Of a stretch of DNA of 64,000 nt, positions 44,132-54,514 are shown one piece after another. This stretch comes from an uncultured delta proteobacterium. GTDB lineage: Bacteria > Desulfobacterota > Desulfobacteria > Desulfobacterales > JAFDCJ01. Location of the stretch: NCBI GenBank assembly GCA_963769935.1, contig CAVYNY010000012.1, forward strand, positions 1 to 64,000. Reading direction: 5' to 3'. The notes under the pieces were generated by a model. The model did not search any database. It had not been told where the DNA came from and saw nothing but the letters and a program-made list of their open reading frames with translations. A program made the position numbers and the translations under genes. Within the stretch, counting starts at the first letter, position 1; the number at the start of each line of letters is the position of its first letter.

Positions 44132-44369
44132 TTAATCGATATCATATTTTCTACAGCGGACCTATTTAGATCCTGAGTAACCCGTTAGAATCTATCTCCA
44201 AATTTGAACTCGAAGGGTATATAGGCCGACGGAAAGACTAAACCCGATGAGATAGATAGATTAATGTTAATTATCCAGAAAAATATCCGTTTATATCCAT
44301 TTCCTAATTGACTCGCCCGACTTTATTGGATAAAAATGGATACAATAATGGATATTTGATAGGAAACCA

Positions 44370-45395
44370 ATGATGACACCGCGCATCGTTAAATTGATTG
44401 CTGAAATTGATGAATTTAAAGGTTATTGGAAAGGCATGGAAAGCCTGCCTGCGCAGGTTCTGTCTTCGATGCGGATTTTAGCAACGATAGAATCCATCGG
44501 ATCTTCCACGCGTATCGAGGGGGCAAAGCTAAGTAATCGGGAGGTGGCAGCGCTTCTTGAGGGTCTCGATGTCCGCTCCTTTCGCAGCCGGGATGAGCAG
44601 GAGGTCGGCGGGTATGCCAAAGCCATGCATCTGATGCATGACAGCTATGATGAAATAGATCTGAGCGAGAACAATATCAAATATCTGCATAAAGTTATCA
44701 TGCAATTCTCGGAAAAGGACAACTGGCATCTGGGCGAGTATAAAAAACACCCCAATCATGTCGCCGCCTTTGACTCAGAGGGGAATCAAATTGGAGTCAT
44801 ATTTGAAACCGCGACGCCTATGGATACACCCAGGCTGATGGAACTGCTCGTTAGGACAACACAAGAACGCTTTCAAGATGAAGATATCCATCCACTGTTG
44901 ACGATCGCTGAATTTATTGTTCGTTTTCTTGCAATTCATCCCTTTCAAGATGGCAACGGACGTCTCTCTAGAGTTTTGACAAATCTGCTGATGCTTCGCA
45001 ACGGTTATATGTTTGCCCAGTATAGCTCCCATGAAAGGGTCGTGGAGGCGAATAAAGATAAATACTACCTGGCTTTAAGAGAGTCTCAAGAGAAACTGAG
45101 ACCGCTGAAGGAATTTTCTTTAGCTTGGATGGAGTTTTTTCTGGAATTGCTGAAAAAGCAAAAGGATGATCTGAAGGCAAAGATCGAACGCGAGAAAAAA
45201 GCGCAGCGTCTCCCCGACCTATCAGAAAAAATCTGCACTCTCGCAAGTGACCGCGGCCGCATTACGGTTGCTTTTATATCAGGAGAACTCAAGGCGAATC
45301 GCAACACGATAAAGAAGCACTTGCAGTATTTGGTAAAAATCGGCCGACTTGTAAAACACGGCAAGGGCCGGGGGTCCTATTATTCACCCTTTTAA
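44370..45395 (+). CDS. Fic family protein
   Basis: SIGSSTRIEG; HPFQDGNGRLSR; C-terminal HTH with GKGRGSYY. Confidence 0.93.
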   Translation: MMTPRIVKLIAEIDEFKGYWKGMESLPAQVLSSMRILATIESIGSSTRIEGAKLSNREVAALLEGLDVRSFRSRDEQEVGGYAKAMHLMHDSYDEIDLSENNIKYLHKVIMQFSEKDNWHLGEYKKHPNHVAAFDSEGNQIGVIFETATPMDTPRLMELLVRTTQERFQDEDIHPLLTIAEFIVRFLAIHPFQDGNGRLSRVLTNLLMLRNGYMFAQYSSHERVVEANKDKYYLALRESQEKLRPLKEFSLAWMEFFLELLKKQKDDLKAKIEREKKAQRLPDLSEKICTLASDRGRITVAFISGELKANRNTIKKHLQYLVKIGRLVKHGKGRGSYYSPF

Positions 45396-45612
45396 AACAC
45401 AGGTAGCCCCCCAAGGAGCTTCGGCTATTATGACCTTGCAATTTTCTCTCTGCATTCTGCATTACCGGCATTTAACCGGAGAATGGTGCAAACTCGCTAT
45501 ATTTCAGCGCACCGAGGGATACTATGGACGTCTGTTCCATCTCTCAATTTGGAGTAATTCTTGAGACGTTATAGTCTGAGTTGACTTTCTGACTTATGCA
45601 TAGGACTCAAAA

Positions 45613-46144
45613 TCAGGAGAACAAATCCGCAATTGTTTTCATCGGCATGAATAAGCGCAGCTTTCGATCAGGGAAAACGCAAAATCCATAGTGCTCATAT
45701 AAGGATCGCGCGTGTTCATCAATCGCATCCACTACGACGGCATATGGAGGCAACCACGGTCGCAGCATTCAAAGACCGGCGCAGTGCGTCCAAGATTAAA
45801 ATTTCACCGTGGCCTCTTCCCTGGTGGCGGCTGTCAATAGCCAGTCTGCCGAGGAGTGTAGCCGGCACCTGTGGATATTTGGGTAGTTTCTTCGAAATCT
45901 TATCCGGCAGGTCATCAAGCAGGATGCTGGTTGCCGACAATGTGTAATACCCGATAATCTCACTCGGTTGGTTACCGACCATCACAAAGGTCGTCGCAAT
46001 CTTCTTTTTTGCCTCCTGGGAGGCTCTTTTTTTAAGATAGCTGTCTAATGCATCATTTCCACAGGAAAAAAACGCTCGATCGTGTTTTTTGACGAGCAGT
46101 TCTATCTTTGGAGATAGAGATTTGGCGGCGTCTTTTTCGGTCAA
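45613..46144 (-). CDS. GNAT toxin (TacT/AtaT-like; frameshift near 45745)
   Basis: HDRAFFSCGNDALDSYL, IIGYYTLS, VPATLLGRLAID...QGRG. Confidence 0.9.
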
Positions 46145-46453
46145 TTAGTCCCCCATGACTTTCTTGTATTTTTCCGCCGCTTGTTTTAATTTTTTACTCG
46201 GTGCCTGCGGCTTCAAGAGCGCCTTGACGAAAGCCTCCGTATCGCGCGCCGACAGGGTCATCATTTCATGTTCCTTCAGCGCCTTTCTCGCCGCTTCCTG
46301 CGCACTGCGCACAACAAACTCTGTCAGTGAACATCCATGTAATTCAGCGGCCCGCTTTAGCAGCTCCTTTTCTTTGTCGCTGATTCGGGCCTCCAGCCTA
46401 TTCCTTTTTCGGCGGCCGACTGCGTCAGCGTTATGTGATTTTTCTTCCAACAT
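46145..46453 (-). CDS. DUF1778 (RHH) antitoxin
   Basis: RLEARIS...KRAAELHGCSLTEFVVRSAQEAA...LSARDTEAFVKALL. Confidence 0.9.
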   Translation of the reverse strand: MLEEKSHNADAVGRRKRNRLEARISDKEKELLKRAAELHGCSLTEFVVRSAQEAARKALKEHEMMTLSARDTEAFVKALLKPQAPSKKLKQAAEKYKKVMGD

Positions 46454-46529
46454 AATCGAATCTCCTTCAAAAATTTATACATTAGTGAACGGCATATAAC
46501 CGTACATTTCAAGGCCTTTTTAAGAAATT

Positions 46530-47230
46530 GGGACAGGTAAATTATACTTTAAAATATGGACAGTATGATACAAATCGATTGAACGAATCTGAGAGATATC
46601 TAAAGAGGAGGTTGAATATGCCAAGGACCTCACGCCTGATCATTCCCGAGGAAAAAGCTGTATACCATTTCATTTGCTGGTGAAAATGATCCCGGAAAAC
46701 CATTTCACGGATCGAAGAAATCCAAAAGCGATTCGAAGCATTTTACTGCGACAGCCGGGAGTTTGCCGAGAGGTCAAATCCCCTATTGGCGAGAAAAGCT
46801 GTCCAGTCTTTCCGAGTTCATGCGGGATATCAAGGTTGGTTTTGCCAGATATTACAATCGGCGTCACAACCGCCGGGGCTATTTTGGGGGGGACCGCTTC
46901 AAAAGCGTGATCGTCGACAAAGGTGAAACGCTGGTGAACTGCCTGGCGTGTATTGATCTTCACCCAGTTAAATAATTTGAGCCCTTACCCTTAAATGTTT
47001 GTGGACGCCTCGGTAAATGATAATCATCCGTTAAAGCATTTATTCGCCAGTTGGCTCAAATTAAGATTTATTCAGTAAAAGGATTGTTTGAAATCTTATT
47101 TAACAGGGTAAACCCGCTGCGGGCCGGCATAGTCGACCGTCCGGAGGACTATCGCTGGAATTCGCTTGGATATCATATTCAGACCGAAAACAAAGATCAG
47201 CTCTATAGAATATCAAAATAAGGTATCAGA
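46530..47230 (+). mobile_element. Deleted HUH Y1 (RAYT-like) transposase element, copy 1
   Basis: Left end GGGACAGGTAAATT; MPRTSRLII (46618), HFHLLV, LSEFMRDIK...RRGYFGGDRFKS, IDL|NPLRAG, DYRWNS; right end CAGCTCTATAGAATATCAAAATAAGGTATCAG. Confidence 0.85.
46961..47110. mobile_element. 150-bp MITE-like insertion in RAYT copy 1
   Basis: Terminal IR CACCCAGTTAAATAA / TTATTTAACAGGGTA; removal restores GATCTT-AACCCG (DLNP). Confidence 0.8.
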
Positions 47231-47241
47231 TCAGAAAAAAC

Positions 47242-47282
47242 AAAAGGACATCCCTCGCTAATCGAAGAATGTCCTTTTTTTT
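47242..47282 (-). terminator. Terminator hairpin downstream of cold-shock gene
   Basis: AAAAGGACAT...ATGTCCTTTT. Confidence 0.7.
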
Positions 47283-47294
47283 CGTAAACGAAAG

Positions 47295-47495
47295 TTAAAT
47301 CATAGTGACATTTGCAGCAGCTGGACCTTTTGGGCCTTGCTCTATGTCAAATGATACCTGGTCGCCCTCATTGAGGGATTTAAAACCGGTTGCGTTGATT
47401 GCTGAATGATGAACAAACACGTCCGGTCCGTTTTCCTGTTCGATGAACCCGAAGCCTTTGCTGTCACTAAACCACTTAACAGTTCCATTAGTCAT
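47295..47495 (-). CDS. Cold-shock protein
   Basis: [34 protein letters not shown]. Confidence 0.96.
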   Translation of the reverse strand: MTNGTVKWFSDSKGFGFIEQENGPDVFVHHSAINATGFKSLNEGDQVSFDIEQGPKGPAAANVTMI

Positions 47496-48259
47496 AATAA
47501 CATTCTCCTTTCTTTCAAAATTTCAACGTTGCTGACTGGAGGATGTCACTTTGACAAATGGATTTTCCTGCAGAAAGAAACTATCCCGCAGTTAAAGAAC
47601 GGGACTTAATTGATTGGGTGGAATATAATCCTTTTTTTGGCCAATAGCAAGATTATTATTGATATTTCGGGAATTCAGGGGCATTGACCAAGTTGACTTA
47701 CCGGCTTCTTACGCTCACTATCAGGAATGTGGGGCACGTGGTTGGCTGAGTTGATATATCGGCCCCCAAAGGAAATGACGCGTCCATAAAGCTATTACCA
47801 TCTATTTTTTCCAAGTCTAAAAGTTAAGCGTCAAAAAATAAAAAGGGACAGTTAAATTATACTTGGCAGGTCGGCTCTTCTGATATAAACGGATTGATCA
47901 AACAGAATGCATCAAATTCCAGAGGATAAAGGGTGTCTGAACTGATATGAAGTACTGTTGGTATGCTTTGGGTGATCAGTAGCAGCTCGGTCACTTGTAA
48001 GCTGAATCATGATCAGGATGAAGAGAAATAAAACGCCGGTAATCACCATCAATTGAGAGGATGGCCCTGAAAGAGCGGGTGATACGAATTGAGTAGATGT
48101 GGGATTATGGGGACGTCCGTTCCATTTATCAATTTAGAGAAATCTTGGGGGCGAAATAGTGAGGCGTAGTTACTGAGTTGAGATGGTCAACCTGAAATAC
48201 CGGTTTTAGAAATAACTATCGGTTTCGGTTTTCTCGGACATCTTTCATGATTTTCTTTA

Positions 48260-48550
48260 TTATGCATAAACTGCCTCTTGATCAATTCTATGCTTAAGAT
48301 AACGGTTCATTCCGTTTCGATACCGGATGACATCCACCGGGCAGTGAAAGCGTTCTTCGAGGCCCTGTTTGATGCCAATCAGGTTGAACAAGTCGGGATC
48401 TTGAAGTTCAACCACAACGTCAATATCCCTTTGTTCCTTAAGCGAATCCCGGGCAGCGGACCCGAAAATACCTATGGCTCGAATTCCATATTTATTTTGA
48501 TTTTCCTCTTTAAACAGATGCAAAGCCTGAATGATATCTATTTTTTTCAT
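48260..48550 (-). CDS. MNT-type nucleotidyltransferase (HEPN partner apparently lost)
   Basis: IGIFGSAARD...DIDVVV...LEERFHCPVDVI; overlapping ATG downstream opens only a few codons. Confidence 0.85.
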   Translation of the reverse strand: MKKIDIIQALHLFKEENQNKYGIRAIGIFGSAARDSLKEQRDIDVVVELQDPDLFNLIGIKQGLEERFHCPVDVIRYRNGMNRYLKHRIDQEAVYA

Positions 48551-48930
48551 TTTATAAAAAATTTTTGGGACGTGTTTTTGGGACGTGGTTGAATGAATTG
48601 ACCAACTAGCCCCGCAACGCTCACACTTGAGATTCTCGGCCGATCGGCCTAAACCGCCGAAGTTGCGCAATTTAGATTTTCATCAGGCAGCCTGTAGCAG
48701 TGTAATCATTTCAATCTCCGGCTTGTTTTCTCTTTTACCCCAATTGAACCAAAAAATTCAATTGAGTGCCCATAGTTAATTGCCCGTTGTCAGTTGCAAA
48801 GGGAAATTAGGTTCTATCTTTTTAAGCACAATACCCCGCCTCTTCTCAGCTTCAAAAGCCTCGTTGATAAATTGGATATAGCTCGCACAGATATAAAGCG
48901 TAAATGAAATGGGATAGGTAAAATAAAATC

Positions 48931-48956
48931 TTGACCTTTGGTAACATATGCGTTAC
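48931..48956 (+). promoter_or_regulatory. Promoter/operator of RelE-HigA-type TA pair
   Basis: TTGACC followed by palindrome GTAAC-ATATGC-GTTAC. Confidence 0.6.
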
Positions 48957-48966
48957 TTGTTAATAC

Positions 48967-49296
48967 ATGGTCACGATTAGAGAATATCTTGATCTCAATA
49001 GCCGCAGTCCCTACGCCAAGTGGTTTAATCGGCTGAATGCGCCGGCCGCGGCCAAAGTTGCAACAGCTTTAATCCGGATCGAGCAAGGTAATTTCTCAAC
49101 TTCCAAGGGTGTTGGAGAGGGCGTATTCGAATGCCGTATTGATTTTGGACCCGGATACCGCATTTATTTTGGCAAGGATGGGGATAATCTCGTAATACTG
49201 CTTGGCGGTGGCTCAAAGAAGCGCCAGCAAAAGGATATAGACCACGCCAAGGTACTTTGGAAAGAATATAAACGACGAAAACGACAGGAGCATTGA
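48967..49296 (+). CDS. RelE/HigB-like addiction module killer protein
   Basis: GNFSTSKGVGEGVFECRIDFGPGYRIYF, LLGGGSKKRQQKDI. Confidence 0.92.
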   Translation: MVTIREYLDLNSRSPYAKWFNRLNAPAAAKVATALIRIEQGNFSTSKGVGEGVFECRIDFGPGYRIYFGKDGDNLVILLGGGSKKRQQKDIDHAKVLWKEYKRRKRQEH

Positions 49297-49298
49297 AA

Positions 49299-49616
49299 AT
49301 GGCGCTTACAAAAGACTTTAAAGATACTATCAAAAACCGGGTTGGAAAGGATCCAGCTTTTCGGGAGGAACTGCTCAAGGAAGGTATTGAATGTCTTCTG
49401 GCTGGAGACGTGGATACCGGCAAAGCGGTGCTGCGTGATTATATTAACGCCACTGTGGGATTTGAAACCCTTGGTGAGGTTACTGATAGATCACCAAAAA
49501 GCTTGATGAGAATGTTTGGGCCGAAGGGAAATCCGCAGGCCCGCAATCTTTTTGATATTATAGCCCACCTTCAGGAACGTGAGGGTATTCATTTGAAGGT
49601 TAACGCCGTAAGATGA
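49299..49616 (+). CDS. Addiction module antidote (HTH) protein
   Basis: MALTKDFKDT, LRDYINATVGF, KSLMRMFGPKGNP. Confidence 0.9.
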   Translation: MALTKDFKDTIKNRVGKDPAFREELLKEGIECLLAGDVDTGKAVLRDYINATVGFETLGEVTDRSPKSLMRMFGPKGNPQARNLFDIIAHLQEREGIHLKVNAVR

Positions 49617-49863
49617 ATAGCCGGCGGACCGGGTCGGACCAGGCTGAACGCCTGACAAATAGGGATCTATGCCAAAAACAGGCCCGTTTCTTGGGCTTAA
49701 AGTTATAATTTTGATGCCAAAAAGGACGGTTTAAGAAAAAAATATTTAACCGATTTTGCCGAAATTGATCTGTGCCCAAATTTTGCCGGTCGAGAAGTCT
49801 TCAGCACCAGCGAGTGCGCCAGCAGCATTATGAAGCAAAAATAAAACCAAGTGCTCGAGACCG

Positions 49864-50388
49864 CTAGTAGGATTGCCAACCCCGGCCCTGCAGCAGCCCG
49901 CGCACGTAGGCAGCCTGCCCGGCGTGGATAACGGCATCTTGCAGAATGCTGACCAGCCGCACCCCGACGGTGGGAGTCGGCGTCCACGGTCCGCCAAGTT
50001 CCCGGTCCAGATCTGCCGACGACAGCGAGCGAATGTACTTGAACGTTTTTTCGGCAACGGCCTTCTGGTAGCCGAGCATGGTTGCGTTATCCGGCGGGTC
50101 GAAAGCGGCGACCTGCTCCGGTGTGTCCCCGAATCCCGTGTCACTTCCGTCAACCGGCCGTTTGAACTTCTTCGCCCAACCGTCACCCACCCAGAGCTGC
50201 TCGTCTCCCATGAGATCCGCCAACTGGGCGTCATGCTGGCGCGTCAGGTGCCAGGCGAGCCAACCGATGCTGTTGGCATCGCGGCCGGGCTGCCATTTCA
50301 GGTCTTCCGGGGTGAGACCTTGAAGAATGCTGCCGAGATACTCCGGTACGCGGTTATAGCCGTCAATCAAAATATCGGACCATTTCAT
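49864..50388 (-). CDS. DinB family protein
   Basis: ANSIGWLAWHLTR, HAGQAAYVRG. Confidence 0.88.
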   Translation of the reverse strand: MKWSDILIDGYNRVPEYLGSILQGLTPEDLKWQPGRDANSIGWLAWHLTRQHDAQLADLMGDEQLWVGDGWAKKFKRPVDGSDTGFGDTPEQVAAFDPPDNATMLGYQKAVAEKTFKYIRSLSSADLDRELGGPWTPTPTVGVRLVSILQDAVIHAGQAAYVRGLLQGRGWQSY

Positions 50389-50415
50389 CTCTCCCTCCTT
50401 ATCGATACGTGAAAT

Positions 50416-50818
50416 TTATCGCAATTTAAATCGGCCCTGCAGCAAAGGTCTGATACGGGAAATTTTTTCGAAATCTTTGTCACGATGTAAGAGAAAGGCA
50501 CCATTTTCCATCGCAATCTGCGCGATACAGCATTCCACGGGGCTGTTTGATCGTTACTCCCTTTCGCCTCAGTTCAAAATATATCCTGGCGGCCTCAGGC
50601 CACGTATCTTGTGATGCTTCCAGGTAATATTGGGTCGTGAGGTATTTTTCGAGCAACGTCCATTCTTTCTCATCAGCCCCCCCTTGCAGCAGCTCAAGCT
50701 GCTGAAACCGGCTGATTTCATAATTTTCCGCACCAATGGCTTTTTGAAAGGCTTTGACAAAATTGCCGGTTTTGTCTCTGAATATTTCTATCCAAACCGA
50801 TGTGTCGACCAGGATCAT
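50416..50818 (-). CDS. VapC/PIN toxin (frameshift near 50545)
   Basis: MILVDTSVWI, ELLQG, LLHRDKDFEKI. Confidence 0.85.
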
Positions 50819-51018
50819 CCTTTCAGCTTCCTCAGTTTTTTATGGTCGAAATTTTTGTGAAACCCGACAGCACCTGCCAATTCCGTGAGATCTTTGCGCT
50901 TTTTCAGCCGAATAAATTCAGTCAAAGCCTCATGAATGAGATCCTTCTTCGTTTTAGCGTTGCTGACCAGAAAGGCCTCATCCAGTAATTTGTCATCGAT
51001 TACAATGTTGGTTCGCAT
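50815..51018 (-). CDS. VapB family antitoxin
   Basis: MRTNIVIDDKLL...TKKDLIHEAL. Confidence 0.9.
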   Translation of the reverse strand: MRTNIVIDDKLLDEAFLVSNAKTKKDLIHEALTEFIRLKKRKDLTELAGAVGFHKNFDHKKLRKLKG

Positions 51019-51207
51019 AATAGACTCCCTTAATGGGTTTAATTCACATCATACACATTGCATACACAAAGTCAAGAAAAGCTGCGAAGAAAGATGCCTC
51101 ACGGGGAATAATGGGGATATCCTTACCATCTTGACATTTATCAGATGATGCGAGCAGGTGCAGGTTTTGGGTTGAATCGATACAGTTCTGCCAGCAGTGC
51201 GGAGAAA

Positions 51208-51470
51208 CTATATCTCCTTACGGGCGCTGTTAATCCACTTTTTTTGTTCTTTTTGGTAGAATTTTGGAGACAACCGTGCATCTTTTACAATTTTATTGAA
51301 AATGGTCTTTGCTTCTTCCCCCCCGCCGATTCTTTTAAGCAGCATGGCATATCGACAAGGCGCTTCTGCGCCGGAAAAGTACCTGACCAGCCTGGAATAT
51401 TCTTTCAGCGCCGCATCCGTTTCTCTCAATTCCTCATAAGCTCTGGCCAGCAGCAAGTCGAAATCATTAT
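51208..51470 (-). pseudogene. TPR protein C-terminal fragment
   Basis: LLLARAYEELRETDAALKEY...GAEAPCRYAMLL; no start. Confidence 0.6.
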
Positions 51471-51747
51471 TTAATGATAAAAAGCCATTGGCGTTCCCGG
51501 CCGGTTCTTACGGCATGAACGGCAAATTACACTTGCACCAGTATTTCGCATAACGCTATAAACAGGCATATATTCCCCCCCGTAACCAATCCGAATCGAA
51601 GAAACTAGGCCAACATGTATCCTTTCCCGGCCATGTGGCAGGTCAACAGACCGTCCATCAGATTATAGAATAAAAAGATGGCGACAGAGACCGCGGCTAC
51701 GCACAAACAACTCCAACGCAATCCTGCCCCCTTTTATACAAATTCTA

Positions 51748-51774
51748 TTATCGGCGGATTCGGTCGAGACTTTA
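51748..51774 (-). promoter_or_regulatory. sigma28 (FliA) consensus promoter
   Basis: Minus strand TAAA-15 nt-GCCGATAA, exact consensus. Confidence 0.6.
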
Positions 51775-51980
51775 GGCTTAGATAAGGAAATTTAAGTAGG
51801 ACAATAATCATTCAATTGATTATTGCCCGGTGTTGGCGAGAGAGGACTGGCACCTTGCACATGTGGAAAATGATTGCCATTTTAGAACATATGCTTTTTG
51901 TGATCATAAAGGAAGCAATAATCTACGATTAAGCATGAGCGGTCTTCTTGCCGTGAACACCGAGTCGAGGAAAGGGACTG

Positions 51981-53348
51981 ATGCGAATAAAAATTCGAAA
52001 TTTTTGGTTTCGCCTTCAATCTAGTTTCTGGTTTTTACCTGCGCTGATGTCTTGCGCTGCTTTTTTTCTAGCCTTCGCCACCATTAAAACCGACGAATTA
52101 TACATCTACCGGACCGGCGTCCAGCAATGGTTGATCTACAGCGGGGGGGCCGATGGGGCTCGTACGGTTCTCTCCGTGATCGCCGGCTCCATGATCACCG
52201 TTGCCGGCGTTGTATTCTCAATTACCATCGTGGTCCTATCACTTGCTTCATCACAGTTCGGTCCGCGTTTAATTAAAAATTTTATGAATGTTCGCGCCAA
52301 CAAGATCGTCATGGGCACTTTTGTGTCGACATTTATCTACGGCATTCTCGTGCTTCGCACCGTCGATTCCAGCTCGGAGGAAAGGTTCGTGCCGAGTCTT
52401 TCGATCACGATAGCCATCGTAATGGCGCTCCTGAGTCTGGGGGTTTTGATCTATTTTATCCATAGCGTTTCGGAATCGATCCGGGCGGAAAATATCATCG
52501 CCAGAGTACGCAACGATTTAGACAGAGCGGTGGATCGAATTTTCCCGGAGAAGCTTTTCCAGGGTGAAGATTCTCACCGTAATCTTATTAAGCATGACTA
52601 CCATATCCCCAAGGAATGCGACCGGGAGGTCTGTCAGGTCAGAAGCCAAAACAGCGGTTATCTCCAGGCCGTAGACATCGAAGCGCTGATGCAAATTGCC
52701 ATCGAAGAAAATCTCCTTATTTATCTTGCTTACCGCCCAGGAGATTTTATCACCCAAAATAGTGTCTTAGTCATTGTCTGGCCTGGAAACAAGGTTGATG
52801 ATGAGCTTTCCCGAACAATCAACGCCGTTTTTATTTTAGGACCCGAGCGGACCTTGGAGCAGGATGTTGAATTTGCCATTAGCCAGCTGGCTGAAATCGC
52901 CGTTCGGGCGCTCTCACCCGGCATCAATGATCCGATTACCGCTATTACCTGCATTGATTGGCTGGGTGCCATCCTCTGCCAGCTGGCTAATCGTAGAATG
53001 CCCTCCTCGCACAGATATGACGGACAGAACAGGCTGCGTGTTATCTGCAAGCCCTTTACGTTTGAAGGAATGGTGGATGCGGCTTTTAATATGATTCGCC
53101 AGAATTCCGCGGCCATACCGGCGGTGTCGATTCGCCTGCTGGAAACCATTGCCACCGTTGCAGACCAGGTACATGGAAAGGAAGACCGCAAGGCCCTTTT
53201 GCGCCAGGCCGACATGGTAATCCATGGATGTAAGGTTAGGCTGTCAGCGGACAATGATTGGGTAGATCTCGAAGAACGCTACCAGAAGGCCGTCAAAGCT
53301 CTCAACGAAGCGCCTGCGCACATCACCGTTGATGCAGACAATTCTTAG
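51981..53348 (+). CDS. DUF2254 family membrane protein
   Basis: SSFWFLP, LASSQFGPRL, SGYLQAVD, EIAVRALSPGINDP. Confidence 0.9.
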   Translation: MRIKIRNFWFRLQSSFWFLPALMSCAAFFLAFATIKTDELYIYRTGVQQWLIYSGGADGARTVLSVIAGSMITVAGVVFSITIVVLSLASSQFGPRLIKNFMNVRANKIVMGTFVSTFIYGILVLRTVDSSSEERFVPSLSITIAIVMALLSLGVLIYFIHSVSESIRAENIIARVRNDLDRAVDRIFPEKLFQGEDSHRNLIKHDYHIPKECDREVCQVRSQNSGYLQAVDIEALMQIAIEENLLIYLAYRPGDFITQNSVLVIVWPGNKVDDELSRTINAVFILGPERTLEQDVEFAISQLAEIAVRALSPGINDPITAITCIDWLGAILCQLANRRMPSSHRYDGQNRLRVICKPFTFEGMVDAAFNMIRQNSAAIPAVSIRLLETIATVADQVHGKEDRKALLRQADMVIHGCKVRLSADNDWVDLEERYQKAVKALNEAPAHITVDADNS

Positions 53349-53428
53349 TCTATTGGCAGAAGCTATATTTAAAGTGGTTTCAAAACCCCATCTAATATGA
53401 ATCTCGGAAAAAGAGAAACAGAGAAATA

Positions 53429-54165
53429 GGGATAGGTAAATTTTACTTGTCGACAAGGGTGAAACGCTGGTCAACTGCCTGGCCTATATCGATCTTCACC
53501 CAGTTAAATAATTTGAGCCCTTAACCTTAAATGGTTGTGGACGCCTCGGTAAATGATAATCATTCTTTAAATCATTTATTCGCCAGTTGGCTCAAATTAA
53601 GATTTATTCAGTAAAAGGATTGTTTTAAATCTTATTTAACAGGGTAAATCCTTTGCGGGCCGGATAAATTGACCGCCCGGAGGACTATCGCTGGAATTCG
53701 CTTGGATATCATCTTCAGACCGAAAACAAAGACCAATTTCTGTCCACCGATTCCGGTATGAAAGAATTCAATCCTCCTCCGGCGGACAAGTGTCTCAAAA
53801 GCAAAAAGGAGCGGATCAGACGGTATCGGCGGCATGTGTATGAGGCCGGGGCGTTGAACCGCCCAGACAAGGTGCTGGCGCAGGTCATCGATGCCAAAGT
53901 TGTTGCCAAAGAACGCAAAAAAGATTTTGAAATCAGCCGCATCAGCCGTTTCCGCTGCCGCACGCGCTATTTCACAGACTCCGGAATCATTGGATCAAAG
54001 CAGTTCGTGGCTGAGAATTACCGCCGCTTTCGGCACCTATTTCATTCCAAACACGAAAAAAAGCCCAAACCGATCAAGGGTCTGGATGGGATGTATTCGT
54101 TGAAGCGGCTGTCGGAGATCAGCTAACAGAAATCAGCTCTATAGAATATCAAAATTAGGTATCAG
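53429..54165 (+). mobile_element. Deleted HUH Y1 (RAYT-like) transposase element, copy 2
   Basis: Left end GGGATAGGTAAATTTTACTT fused to VDKGETLVNCLAYIDL|NPLRAG; C-terminus RTRYFTDSGIIGSKQFV...GMYSLKRL; same right end as copy 1. Confidence 0.85.
53497..53646. mobile_element. 150-bp MITE-like insertion in RAYT copy 2
   Basis: Same terminal IRs, length and insertion point (DL|NP) as 46961-47110. Confidence 0.8.
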
Positions 54166-54514
54166 AGCTGATGGACATAAATATTGGCCGCAGAAATTAG
54201 AGTACCCGAAGCTTTAAACGTTTGACGCAAGCACCCCGATTAGTTACAGTTTGAACAGACAATTGCCAGGGTATGATTTAAATATTTAAAGGATATCCAG
54301 AGTGCTTTTTCAGTTATCACTCCAAGCTCGATTCGTATCCGCAAACCTGCCTGACACTTTCGGCTTGCTCCTTACTTGAATTTTATCAGATATCGGTAAC
54401 GTGAATTACTGGGTTGACTGAATCACGACCCAACCAAGCGTCCGTTTCAAGAGTGCATAAGAGGGACAGGTAAATTACCTGGCCCCCGGCTTCCGCCGGG
54501 GTGGCGGTTTGCCT

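Noticed and set aside
42858..45835. Duplicated segments as diversity-generating retroelement TR/VR pairs
   Set aside because: Differences are not adenine-specific (C/T and G/T changes seen) and no reverse transcriptase is present.
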